Shown here: one piece after another, positions 21,395-30,533 of the stretch | Layout of the letters: each line of letters opens with the position of its first letter | Numbering within the stretch: position 1 is the stretch's first letter | Assembly: GCA_018651085.1 (NCBI GenBank) | Contig: JABIEQ010000002.1 | Coordinates: 87,783 to 151,782, forward strand | Direction of reading: 5' to 3' | DNA from: Candidatus Magasanikiibacteriota bacterium | Lineage (GTDB): Bacteria > Patescibacteriota > Patescibacteriia > Magasanikbacterales > UBA922 | Length of the DNA: 64,000 bases | Notes under the pieces: generated by a model | Told to the model about the DNA's origin: nothing | Database searches by the model: none | What the model saw: only the letters and a program-made list of their open reading frames with translations | Made by a program: the position numbers and the translations under genes

Positions 21395-21940
21395 ATGGAA
21401 CCTGTATTATATACACAATATAAAGAAAAAATTGTTCCTGCGCTTAAAGAGCATTTTGGTTTTACCAACGTCATGCAAGTGCCTAAGATTGAAAAAATCG
21501 TTGTTAATGTTGGATACGGACGAAATCATAAGAATAAAGGATTTATTGATAATGCTGAGAAAACACTTATTGCTATTACTGGTCAAAAACCAGTACACAA
21601 TAAGTCACGAAAGGCTATTTCTAACTTTAAGATTCGTGAAGGTGTACCCGTTGGTGTGTCAGTAACACTTCGTGGAAAGGTTATGTATGAATTCTTATAC
21701 AGATTCATTAATCTTACCCTTCCTCGTATGCGAGATTTTCGTGGACTTAATGGTAAGGCATTTGATAAAAGCGGAAACTATTCTATTGGTATTAAAGAAA
21801 ACATTGCATTCCCAGAGATTACTGCGGATTCATCTGATAAGATTCATGGGTTGCAGGTAGTGATTAAGACGACAGCAACGAATAAGGACGAAGGACGAGC
21901 TCTTCTTGATTCACTTGGTTTTCCATTTAAAAAAAAGTAA
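21395..21940 (+). CDS. rplE: Ribosomal protein uL5
   Basis: KIVVNVG, ITGQKP, LPRMRDFRG. Confidence 0.98.
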   Translation: MEPVLYTQYKEKIVPALKEHFGFTNVMQVPKIEKIVVNVGYGRNHKNKGFIDNAEKTLIAITGQKPVHNKSRKAISNFKIREGVPVGVSVTLRGKVMYEFLYRFINLTLPRMRDFRGLNGKAFDKSGNYSIGIKENIAFPEITADSSDKIHGLQVVIKTTATNKDEGRALLDSLGFPFKKK

Positions 21941-21943
21941 GCT

Positions 21944-22132
21944 ATGGCTACTAAAGCACAAATTGCGAAGGGAAAAAATCCTAAACGTCACAAAAGTACG
22001 AGAACAAGAAATCGTTGTACTCTTTGTGGTCGTCCACGTGGTTTTTATCGTTTTTTTCAGATGTGTCGAATCTGTCTTCGTGAAAAAGCTAATGCTGGGG
22101 AACTTCCTGGTATGCGTAAGTCTAGTTGGTAA
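21944..22132 (+). CDS. rpsN: Ribosomal protein uS14, Zn-binding type Z
   Basis: RCTLCGRPR...CRICLRE...KSSW. Confidence 0.97.
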   Translation: MATKAQIAKGKNPKRHKSTRTRNRCTLCGRPRGFYRFFQMCRICLREKANAGELPGMRKSSW

Positions 22133-22156
22133 TTTTGGATTAATATAGATGTCATT

Positions 22157-22549
22157 ATGATGACTGACCCTATTGCAGACATGTTAACCCGTATTCGTAA
22201 CGCTCAAAAGGCGAGAAAAACGGTTGTACATATCCCACACTCAAAGATGAAAAAAGCAGTTGCTGACATCTTGCTTCGTGAGGGGTATGTTAAGAGTGCA
22301 GATATAGAAGAAATGAAACCTGCCTCAATTCTTGTACTTGGACTTAAGTATGAAGGAAAAGAACCGATTATTCAGTCTATTGTTCGTGAGAGTAAACCGG
22401 GACATCGTAAGTATCGTAAGGCAGAAGAGTTGCCACGTGTGTTAAACGATTACGGTATTGCAATTATTTCTACATCACAAGGCCTTATGACGAATAAAGA
22501 TGCTCGTCAAAAAGGTATTGGTGGAGAGATTATTTGTTCTATCTATTAA
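22157..22549 (+). CDS. rpsH: Ribosomal protein uS8
   Basis: TDPIADMLTRIRNA, ISTSQG, GGEIIC. Confidence 0.98.
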   Translation: MMTDPIADMLTRIRNAQKARKTVVHIPHSKMKKAVADILLREGYVKSADIEEMKPASILVLGLKYEGKEPIIQSIVRESKPGHRKYRKAEELPRVLNDYGIAIISTSQGLMTNKDARQKGIGGEIICSIY

Positions 22550-22627
22550 GTAGTTTCATAGTTCCTCTTTTTGTGAGTGATATATACTCGCACAAAGAGG
22601 AGCTATGAAGTATTGAAACGTAATAAT

Positions 22628-23170
22628 ATGTCACGTATTGGAAAACAAACAATTGAAATTCCACAAGGTGTAACTGTTAGTGTAAACGATGGTTTACTTT
22701 CTGTTACTGGACCAAAGGGGACATTGACTCGACCTGTGCATCCTCTTGTTACTATCAATATTACTGACTCAGCTGCTACTGTTGACGTTGTCAACAAAGA
22801 AGATAAGATGGAGCGATCTTTATGGGGAACGTTTGCCGCTCATCTATTGAATATGGTAACTGGTGTCTCAAAAGGATTTACTAAAAAACTTGAAATTAAT
22901 GGTGTTGGATACCGCGTCGCTGTGCAAGGGAAAGAGTTGAAAGTGGAAGCCGGGTATTCTCATCCAGTATTATTCCCTATTCCTGAAGGGCTTACTATTT
23001 CTACAGAAAAGAATCTCATCACTATTGATGGGGCAGATAAGGAACTTGTAGGAAAAGTTGCTTCGGAAATTAGAGCTATTCGTAAACCTGAACCATATAA
23101 AGGAAAAGGTATCAAGTATATTGATGAAGTTATTCGTCGAAAGGCTGGAAAGACAGCCAAAACTGCGTAA
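22628..23170 (+). CDS. rplF: Ribosomal protein uL6
   Basis: MSRIGK start at 22628, PEPYKGKGI. Confidence 0.98.
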   Translation: MSRIGKQTIEIPQGVTVSVNDGLLSVTGPKGTLTRPVHPLVTINITDSAATVDVVNKEDKMERSLWGTFAAHLLNMVTGVSKGFTKKLEINGVGYRVAVQGKELKVEAGYSHPVLFPIPEGLTISTEKNLITIDGADKELVGKVASEIRAIRKPEPYKGKGIKYIDEVIRRKAGKTAKTA

Positions 23171-23190
23171 ATTTACGCTAAACGTATTAT

Positions 23191-23565
23191 ATGAATAAAA
23201 CATTAAAAACAAGACAACAACGACGAATGCGTCGAAAAGCTCGAGTACGTGCTCGTATTTCTGGTACAGCAGCTCGTCCACGTTTGAATGTCTTTCGTAG
23301 TCTTCGTGGAATGTTTTTGCAATTGATTGATGATGCAACTGGAAAAACATTACTTAGTATTAATGCGAAAATGGATGTAAGTGGTGTTGATGCTGGTGAA
23401 CGAACTGGAAAAATGGCACAAGCATATGCGTTAGGAAAATTATTGGCAGAGCAAGCAAAAGAAAAAAATATTAATACTGTTGTTTTTGATCGTGCAGGAT
23501 TTTTATACCATGGGCGTGTAAAAGCGGCTGCTGATGGTGCACGTGATGGCGGTTTGAAATTTTAA
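23191..23565 (+). CDS. rplR: Ribosomal protein uL18
   Basis: RPRLNVFRS, VVFDR, YHGRVKA. Confidence 0.98.
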   Translation: MNKTLKTRQQRRMRRKARVRARISGTAARPRLNVFRSLRGMFLQLIDDATGKTLLSINAKMDVSGVDAGERTGKMAQAYALGKLLAEQAKEKNINTVVFDRAGFLYHGRVKAAADGARDGGLKF

Positions 23566-23580
23566 TGTATAATCTTCCCT

Positions 23581-24162
23581 ATGGTAGATAATAGAAGAAA
23601 ACCAAAAAGACGAATGAAGCGAGAAAAACCTGAGTTTGATCAACAAATCGTTGACCTTGCTCGTGTTACTCGTGTAACAAAAGGTGGTAAACAGCTAAGC
23701 TTTCGCGTGTGTATTGTGATTGGTGACAGAAAAGGGCGCGTTGGTTATGGGATTGATAAAGGAAAAGATGTACAGATTGCTGTTGAAAAAGCTGTTCGTA
23801 AAGCAAAAAAGAACTTGTTTACTATCCCTATTTTGAAAGGAACTATTCCTCATAGAATTGAAGCAAAGTTTAAAGCAGCTCAAATTATGATGAAGCCTGC
23901 TCCACAAGGTTCTGGTATTATTGCAGGAAGTGTTGTGCGTGTTGCTCTTGAACTTGCTGGTGTTCCAAATATATCTGCTAAGATGATTGGGCGAACTACA
24001 AATAAGTTAACAAATATTCAAGCAGTATTTGCTGCATTTGGGAAGTTGAAAGTAAAAGCAGCTCCCTTGAAAAAAAGAATTCTCCCTAAAAAAGAAGAAA
24101 AAGTAGCACCAAAGAAGGAGCAAAAAGCTGCTCCAAAAGTAGCTGCCTCTAAAAAAGCGTAG
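23581..24162 (+). CDS. rpsE: Ribosomal protein uS5
   Basis: RVTRVTKGGK, PAPQGSGIIAG. Confidence 0.98.
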   Translation: MVDNRRKPKRRMKREKPEFDQQIVDLARVTRVTKGGKQLSFRVCIVIGDRKGRVGYGIDKGKDVQIAVEKAVRKAKKNLFTIPILKGTIPHRIEAKFKAAQIMMKPAPQGSGIIAGSVVRVALELAGVPNISAKMIGRTTNKLTNIQAVFAAFGKLKVKAAPLKKRILPKKEEKVAPKKEQKAAPKVAASKKA

Positions 24163-24186
24163 TTACTATAACTTTAGACGAATTAT

Positions 24187-24630
24187 ATGGCACTTACTCC
24201 ACAAACAATTCAAACGGCTAAAAATTCACAGCGAAAAAAGAAGCGTGTTGGTCGTGGAAATGGATCCGGAAGAGGAACATATTCTGGGCGTGGTCTTAAA
24301 GGACAACGTTCTCGTTCTGGCGGAAAAAAAGGAACAAAGTTTCTTGGATTTAAATCTTCTCTTAAGAAGATTCCAAAACTTCGTGGATTTAAGAGTCCAC
24401 ATGCTAAAAAGCAAACGGTTACTCTTAAGACACTTAATAGAATTGTATCTTCTGACGACGTGATTACTCCACAGTATCTCATGAAAAAAGGCGTTGTTTC
24501 TAACGTACGAGATGGAGTAAAGATCGTGGCAACTGGCGTGATTGATAAAAAAGTACAGATTAAAGGTTGTCTTGCGACAAAGCAAGCCTTAGCCTTAATT
24601 GAAAAAGCTGGTGGGTCACTGATTGTTTAG
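24187..24630 (+). CDS. rplO: Ribosomal protein uL15
   Basis: RVGRGNGSGRG..SGRGLKGQRSRSG, IEKAGG. Confidence 0.97.
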   Translation: MALTPQTIQTAKNSQRKKKRVGRGNGSGRGTYSGRGLKGQRSRSGGKKGTKFLGFKSSLKKIPKLRGFKSPHAKKQTVTLKTLNRIVSSDDVITPQYLMKKGVVSNVRDGVKIVATGVIDKKVQIKGCLATKQALALIEKAGGSLIV

Positions 24631-24673
24631 TGACCTTTATTTATTTTAGATTATTGTTTTAGCGTCCTTTTCT

Positions 24674-25942
24674 ATGTTACATAAGTTTAAACGCATTTGG
24701 GACATCAAAGATTTACGAAATAGCATCATATTTGTACTTTTGATGCTTGTTATATTTCGTTTGGCTGCTCATATTCCTGTTCCAGGAGTAAACCCAGAAG
24801 GGTTGAGTCAGTTTTTACAAGGAAATCAGATCCTTGGTCTTTTGAATGTATTTTCTGGTGGAACATTAGAGAACTTTTCTATTGCCATGCTTGGTGTGGC
24901 TCCATACATTACATCAGCTATTATTTTCCAACTTTTGGTTCTTATTGTTCCTCGGCTTGAAGAAATGCAAAAAGAAGGACAAGCTGGTCAACAAAAGATC
25001 AACATGTATACACGTGTTGCGACTGTTCCTCTTGCAATGCTTCAAGCATTTGGACTTATTAAACTTTTAAGTCAATCTGGGCAAAACATTATTCCAAGCT
25101 TAAATTCTTGGACATTTATTGGTATTACGCTTGTTGTTACTGCTGGAACTGTATTTTTGATGTGGATTGGTGAGCTTATTACTGAAAAACGGATTGGAAA
25201 TGGTATTTCTTTACTTATTTTAGCAGGTATTATCGCGGCACTGCCTCGATTAGTTCAAAACGCGATTGTAAACTATACACCAGCTGATTTATATACGTAT
25301 ATTTTGTTTTTATTTATTGCTATTGCAACAATTATTGGTGTGGTGTTTATTAGTGAAGGGCAACGAAATATTCCTGTGCATTATGCTCGTCAAGGTGGTG
25401 GACGTGCGGTAGGGGCGGCACAATCTCATTTACCACTTCGGGTAAATACTGCTGGAGTTATTCCAATTATCTTTGCTATTTCTATTCTTATTTTTCCACA
25501 AACCGTTGCACAGTTTTTTGTGTCTGGATCTGGATGGACGGCGGAACTAGCGTTGTTTGTATCTGAATTATTTGGTAATCAATTATTTTACGGTATATTA
25601 TACTTTGTATTAGTATTTGGATTTACGTATTTTTATACTGCGGTTATTTTTCATCCACATAAGGTTGCTGAAAATCTTCAGCGTCAAGGTGGATTTATTC
25701 CTGGTATTAGACCTGGAAAAGAAACAGAAGAGTATATTGCAAAAACAATGAGTAGATTAGTTTTTGTTGGTGCGGTGTTCCTTGGTGGCGTTGCCATATT
25801 ACCACTTATTGTACAACTTGTAACAAATAGTCAATCTCTTGTTGTTGGTGGTACTGGATTATTGATTGTTGTAGCGGTTGCGATTGATATTGCAAAGCAA
25901 ATTGAAGCGCAAGTTACTCTTCACGAATACAACCGAGTATAA
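24674..25942 (+). CDS. secY: Preprotein translocase SecY
   Basis: 10-TM pattern, GNGISLLI, AGVIPIIFA, FIPGIRPG. Confidence 0.99.
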   Translation: MLHKFKRIWDIKDLRNSIIFVLLMLVIFRLAAHIPVPGVNPEGLSQFLQGNQILGLLNVFSGGTLENFSIAMLGVAPYITSAIIFQLLVLIVPRLEEMQKEGQAGQQKINMYTRVATVPLAMLQAFGLIKLLSQSGQNIIPSLNSWTFIGITLVVTAGTVFLMWIGELITEKRIGNGISLLILAGIIAALPRLVQNAIVNYTPADLYTYILFLFIAIATIIGVVFISEGQRNIPVHYARQGGGRAVGAAQSHLPLRVNTAGVIPIIFAISILIFPQTVAQFFVSGSGWTAELALFVSELFGNQLFYGILYFVLVFGFTYFYTAVIFHPHKVAENLQRQGGFIPGIRPGKETEEYIAKTMSRLVFVGAVFLGGVAILPLIVQLVTNSQSLVVGGTGLLIVVAVAIDIAKQIEAQVTLHEYNRV

Positions 25943-25960
25943 GATTTTCCTTTTATATAT

Positions 25961-25990
25961 AAGAAAGCCCCTGTATGGGGCTTTCTTTCT
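25961..25990 (+). terminator. Terminator after secY
   Basis: AAGAAAGCCCC-tgtat-GGGGCTTTCTTT. Confidence 0.75.
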
Positions 25991-26051
25991 CTTTTATAGC
26001 TACTTTGTTATACTGATGATATCTTAAATTATTGGTTTGTCTATTTATAAT

Positions 26052-26342
26052 ATGTCTTTATTTGGCTCAATTAAGCAACATTCTAGGAAACTTTGCTATG
26101 TACCTGAAAAGAAGTTATGTGAATTAATAGCTGCAAGGAATATTTCTAGCATGGATTCAAAAGAAGAACAGGTGATTGAAAATGCTCTTCTTAGCGCACA
26201 AAAACCGGGGCATAAAATGTCTTTAGAAGATGTTTATGAAACCCTTAAGCATTTAGAAAAAGAAAGAAGTATTAGTATAAATGATCGTAAAGCAGTTATG
26301 AAAATATTTGAACAATATTTCTCTGATGAGTTTCACGTATAA
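26052..26342 (+). CDS. Hypothetical helical protein
   Basis: ORF fills gap between secY terminator and adk; ATG 26052. Confidence 0.6.
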   Translation: MSLFGSIKQHSRKLCYVPEKKLCELIAARNISSMDSKEEQVIENALLSAQKPGHKMSLEDVYETLKHLEKERSISINDRKAVMKIFEQYFSDEFHV

Positions 26343-26350
26343 CACGATGT

Positions 26351-26956
26351 ATGATACCTAAAATTATTATTTTTATTGGACTTCCTGGAAGTGGAAAAGG
26401 CACACAAGCAAAAAAACTTATTGCTGAATTTCATTATGGACATATTTCAACAGGTGATCTTCTTCGTGCACTTGATACTGATCCTGATGGTAATTTGCAT
26501 GATAAAGAAGCGTTGCAGACTATGAAATCTGGTGGTATGGTGTCTAACGAATTAATTTATAAGTTAGCATTTTCTGAAATGGAAAAATGCTTTAGTGAAG
26601 ATCGAGGTGTTGTGCTTGATGGTGCTATTCGTAATATTGATCAAGCAAAATATTATCAGCAATTTTTTGTAGAAAAAGGATTAGAAAGTTCTTTACGTGT
26701 CTTTGATGTACGTATTCCTGATGATGTTGTGTTTAATCGTATTATGGCTCGTATTGAAAACGATAAGGCACGAGGAAAGGCATTACGGGCTGATGATACA
26801 CCGGAAAAGATTAAAAAACGTATTTTAGAACAAGGTCATGAACTTATGCCACCGATTTTATCGTATTATAAAGATATGGGAGTGCTTGTTGATATTGATG
26901 GTACTGATACGATTGATGGTGTTGAAAAACAGATTCGTGACTCATTAGAGATATAA
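26351..26956 (+). CDS. adk: Adenylate kinase (short-LID type)
   Basis: GLPGSGKGTQA, HISTGDLLR, LDG, RADD. Confidence 0.93.
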   Translation: MIPKIIIFIGLPGSGKGTQAKKLIAEFHYGHISTGDLLRALDTDPDGNLHDKEALQTMKSGGMVSNELIYKLAFSEMEKCFSEDRGVVLDGAIRNIDQAKYYQQFFVEKGLESSLRVFDVRIPDDVVFNRIMARIENDKARGKALRADDTPEKIKKRILEQGHELMPPILSYYKDMGVLVDIDGTDTIDGVEKQIRDSLEI

Positions 26957-26959
26957 TAT

Positions 26960-27751
26960 ATGTATATTAAGTCAGAAAGTGATATTGCAAAACTTATTGA
27001 AGGGGGAAAGCATCTTGGTGAAATCCTTGAAGTATTGTCTTTAATGGTTGCCCCTGGTGTGTCTGCATGGGAAATTGATCAAGTTGCTGAAAAACGCATC
27101 CGTGCTATTGGTGGAAGACCAGCATTTAAGGGATATAAAAGTGGAAAAGGTGGTACACCATTTCCTTCGACTGTTTGTTTCTCTCGTAACGAAGAAGTTG
27201 TTCATGGTATTGCATCAAAAAACAAAATAATTCAAAAAGGGGACATTATTACGATTGATATTGGAATGGAGTACCCTGCAAAAAATGGATGTTTTACTGA
27301 TACGGCGATCACTGTTCTTGTAGAACCGGTTGATAAAAAGGTGTCTGCCATGCTTGATGTTGCGAATGCTTCTCTTGAAAAAGGGATTTCTCTTATGCGA
27401 CCTGGTTATACAGTTGCTGATATTGGAAAAATTATTGAAGACACTATTACGCCACATGGGTATGGCATTGTTCGTGATTTATCAGGGCACGGTGTAGGAC
27501 ACGGTGTACATGAAGATCCTTGGGTTCCTAATTATTATGAAAAATCTCTTAAAAAATGGGTGCTTGAACCAGGAGTTGTTCTTGCTATTGAACCAATGAT
27601 TACGCTTGGTACTCACGCTATTACGACGGCTGACGATGGGTGGGGGATTATTACGACGGATAAGAGTTTGTCAGTGCATACTGAACATACGGTTATTGTG
27701 ACAAAAGGGGATCCTCTTATTGTTACTCGTCGTCCTAGTGAATTATCATAA
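26960..27751 (+). CDS. map: Methionine aminopeptidase type I
   Basis: VVHGI, DTAIT, GHGVG...HEDP, AIEPMI, HTEHT. Confidence 0.97.
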   Translation: MYIKSESDIAKLIEGGKHLGEILEVLSLMVAPGVSAWEIDQVAEKRIRAIGGRPAFKGYKSGKGGTPFPSTVCFSRNEEVVHGIASKNKIIQKGDIITIDIGMEYPAKNGCFTDTAITVLVEPVDKKVSAMLDVANASLEKGISLMRPGYTVADIGKIIEDTITPHGYGIVRDLSGHGVGHGVHEDPWVPNYYEKSLKKWVLEPGVVLAIEPMITLGTHAITTADDGWGIITTDKSLSVHTEHTVIVTKGDPLIVTRRPSELS

Positions 27752-27756
27752 TATAT

Positions 27757-28140
27757 ATGAATGTTTTAGGTGTTGATTATGGGACAAAACGTATTGGACT
27801 TGCCTGGGCAGATGATGCTATGGGGTTTGTGCTTCCTTATGGGGTCCTTGTTGATTCTCATACGACTAAAGAGGAGCAATTGCGCGCTCTTATCAAGGAA
27901 GAAAGAATTAATAAGGTTGTGGTGGGGTTACCTATTGGATTAGATGGAGAAGATAAGGTACGAACGCTTGCTACGAGAATGTTTGTTCATGATTTAGAAG
28001 AGCATCTTTCTATTCCTGTTACCGTTTATGATGAACGGTTTTCTTCAAAACAAGCAGATAATATGGGAGGGGATGCGAGTCGAGATGAAAAAGCTGCAAT
28101 GGTTATTTTACAAAGTTATATTAGTTCACCTAATACGTAG
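27757..28140 (+). CDS. yqgF: YqgF/RuvX family nuclease
   Basis: LGVDYGTKRIGLA, VVGLP, DERFSS. Confidence 0.92.
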   Translation: MNVLGVDYGTKRIGLAWADDAMGFVLPYGVLVDSHTTKEEQLRALIKEERINKVVVGLPIGLDGEDKVRTLATRMFVHDLEEHLSIPVTVYDERFSSKQADNMGGDASRDEKAAMVILQSYISSPNT

Positions 28141-28143
28141 TGT

Positions 28144-28893
28144 ATGCAGGCGATTGTTCTTGCACGCCGAAATGTTCGTGAGGTTGATCAAATTATTTCT
28201 GTCTATACGGCAGAATATGGAAGACGAGATCTTTTTGCGCGTGGTGTAAAGAAAATTACCAGTAAAAATACGGCCCATTTGGAGCCGTTTTCTTTTGTGC
28301 ACGTTGGTATTGCTAAGGGACGTGATATGGATCATGTGACAAATGTGCAACCAATTGAATATTTTTCTTCTATTCGTCTTGATATAGATAAATTGTCTCT
28401 TGCTAATTATGTGGTTTCTCTTTGTGCTAGAGTGTTTGAACAAAATCATCCTGATCATCATCTTTTTACTCTTTTACTGACATGGCTTTCTTCGCTTAAT
28501 ACATCAAGATCTACAAATATTTTTGTCTTGGATGCTTTTATAATCTTATTTTTATCTCATCTTGGTTTTTATCCTTCATTTGATGTTTGCGTGTCGTGTG
28601 AAAAACAACTTGATGCAGATCACGATAAGTACCTTGGTTTTTCTATTTCAAGTGGGGGGCTTATTTGTCGATCTTGTCGTGTGACATATATGAATCAACA
28701 TATGCCTATTGTTTCATTTACTCCTCATTTTCGGCGGATATTTCGCGGTATCTTTTCTTCTGATATGGATGTCATTTGTAGAATGCATGTACCTAAAGAT
28801 GTAGAGGATAAGTTTCATACTCTTGTGTATTCTTTTTTGACGTATCATTTAGGTGTGCACATACCTATTTTTTCTTTTTTAGGTGAAGAGTAG
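28144..28893 (+). CDS. recO: DNA repair protein RecO
   Basis: AIVL...E.DQII, ARGV, HLEPF, CVSC...GGLICRSC. Confidence 0.93.
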   Translation: MQAIVLARRNVREVDQIISVYTAEYGRRDLFARGVKKITSKNTAHLEPFSFVHVGIAKGRDMDHVTNVQPIEYFSSIRLDIDKLSLANYVVSLCARVFEQNHPDHHLFTLLLTWLSSLNTSRSTNIFVLDAFIILFLSHLGFYPSFDVCVSCEKQLDADHDKYLGFSISSGGLICRSCRVTYMNQHMPIVSFTPHFRRIFRGIFSSDMDVICRMHVPKDVEDKFHTLVYSFLTYHLGVHIPIFSFLGEE

Positions 28894-28902
28894 GTTGTTT
28901 AT

Positions 28903-28930
28903 TTGACAATTTATATAGTTATGTTATAGT
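28903..28930 (+). promoter_or_regulatory. Promoter of Asn leader/tRNA-Asn unit
   Basis: TTGACA(28903-28908)-16-TATAGT(28925-28930) with TGn extension. Confidence 0.75.
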
Positions 28931-28939
28931 CAATTTATT

Positions 28940-28993
28940 ATGATCTACCAGATACATATCAATAATAATAACGGAAATAATAACTGCCACTAA
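28940..28993 (+). CDS. Asn-rich attenuator leader peptide MIYQIHINNNNGNNNCH
   Basis: ATG ATC TAC CAG ATA CAT ATC AAT AAT AAT AAC GGA AAT AAT AAC TGC CAC TAA; 7 Asn codons in 8 positions. Confidence 0.85.
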   Translation: MIYQIHINNNNGNNNCH

Positions 28994-29052
28994 GTGCGGA
29001 TTGATTTGTATATACATAAAACATACGAATAACCGCCTAAGGGCGGTTTTTT
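28952..29052 (+). promoter_or_regulatory. Ribosome-dependent transcription attenuator (1:2, 2:3, 3:4 stems)
   Basis: 1:2 28952-28963/29000-29011; 2:3 28996-29011/29023-29036; terminator AACCGCC-taag-GGCGGTT-TTTT 29031-29052. Confidence 0.85.
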
Positions 29053-29054
29053 AT

Positions 29055-29127
29055 TCCCCTGTAGTTCAATTGGTAGAACGTCGTGCTGTTAACGCGAATG
29101 TTGTAGGTTCGAACCCTGCTGGGGGAG
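29055..29127 (+). tRNA. tRNA-Asn(GTT)
   Basis: Cloverleaf; anticodon arm TCGTG-ctGTTaa-CGCGA; GGTTCGAACCC T-arm; no encoded CCA. Confidence 0.97.
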
Positions 29128-29235
29128 CTAATGTTAATTATTTATAAATATTTCAGGTCATTTTGGCTACACACCGCATTATATTGCGCTAGCATCATAA
29201 TCATGGTACGCTATTTTCACTGTTAACTTTTTTTT

Positions 29236-30531
29236 ATGCATACACACATTAAAGACATTTCAGCCTACGTCTCAAAAGAAGTAACTCTTAAGGGGTGGCT
29301 TCATAATAAACGTTCTAGCGGAAAGATTGCTTTTTTAGAAATTCGAGATGGATCTGGGTTTTTACAAATTATTGTAAACAAAAGTGATGTTGATGAAGCA
29401 ACTTGGGGGACCGTTGAGGCGTTGACGCAAGAATCATCATTCTCTGTTATCGGAGAAGTTTCTTCTCACCCTAAAAAAGAAGGGGTGTTTGAACTTCAAG
29501 CTAGAACAGTGCATGCAATTCATATTGCGACAGAATATCCAATTGGTAATAAAGATCATGGTCCTGACTTTTTGATGAATCATCGCCATCTTTGGGTTCG
29601 AAGTAAAAAACAATGGGCAACACTTCGTATTCGTGATGTGATTGAAACGGCTATTCATGACTACTTACACTCTGAAGCTTTTGTACGGACAGATTCTCCT
29701 ATTTTTACGCCAAGTGCTTGTGAAGATACAACAGAACTTTTCCCTGTACCGTATTTTGATTTAGGGGAAGCATATCTGTCTCAATCTGGGCAATTGTATC
29801 TTGAAGCTGTTATTGCTGGACTTGGACGGTGTTATGATTTTGGGCCAGTATTTCGTGCAGAAAAATCAGTGACTCGTCGTCATCTTACAGAATTTTGGAT
29901 GATGGATGCTGAAGCTGCATTTGTCGAGCATGACGAAAATATGGATACGCAAGAAGGATTAGTAAAAGCTATTGTAAAAATGTGTTTAGAACGATGTCAG
30001 GTAGAGTTTTCTATATTAGAAAGGGATACGAGTGCACTTCAAGGATTACTTGAAAAACCATTTGAACGATTGATGTATAAAGATGCCATTACCCGATTAC
30101 AATCATTAGGGTCAGACATTAAATTTGGGGAAGATCTTGGAAATGATGATGAAGGACTTCTTACAAAAGAGAGTCCTGTCCCAGTATTTATCCATAAGTG
30201 GCCAAAGGATATTAAGCCATTTTATATGAAGCGAGATGCGGAAGACGAAACACTTGTGTGTAATAATGATCTTATTGGTATTGAAGGTGCTGGAGAAATC
30301 ATTGGAGGATCTCAACGTGAAGATGACTATGATGTGTTAATGGCTCGTATTAAAGAAGATGGACTCGAAATTGAAGATTATGCCTGGTATAGTGAGCTTA
30401 GAAAATATGGATCAGTGCCTCATTCTGGGTTTGGATTAGGATTAGAACGGATGGTTCGTTGGATTGCAGGATCAGCACATATTCGTGAAACAATTCCATT
30501 TCCTCGATTAGTAAACCGTATTCGTCCATAA
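29236..30531 (+). CDS. asnS: Asparagine--tRNA ligase
   Basis: OB fold, YLSQSGQLYLE, FRAEKS.TRRHLTEFWM, EIIGGSQRE, HSGFGLGLER. Confidence 0.96.
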   Translation: MHTHIKDISAYVSKEVTLKGWLHNKRSSGKIAFLEIRDGSGFLQIIVNKSDVDEATWGTVEALTQESSFSVIGEVSSHPKKEGVFELQARTVHAIHIATEYPIGNKDHGPDFLMNHRHLWVRSKKQWATLRIRDVIETAIHDYLHSEAFVRTDSPIFTPSACEDTTELFPVPYFDLGEAYLSQSGQLYLEAVIAGLGRCYDFGPVFRAEKSVTRRHLTEFWMMDAEAAFVEHDENMDTQEGLVKAIVKMCLERCQVEFSILERDTSALQGLLEKPFERLMYKDAITRLQSLGSDIKFGEDLGNDDEGLLTKESPVPVFIHKWPKDIKPFYMKRDAEDETLVCNNDLIGIEGAGEIIGGSQREDDYDVLMARIKEDGLEIEDYAWYSELRKYGSVPHSGFGLGLERMVRWIAGSAHIRETIPFPRLVNRIRP

Positions 30532-30533
30532 GT

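Noticed and set aside
28961-28984. AAT run as a plain microsatellite
   Set aside because: In frame between ATG and TAA, mixes AAT/AAC, and sits in attenuator geometry before tRNA-Asn/asnS.
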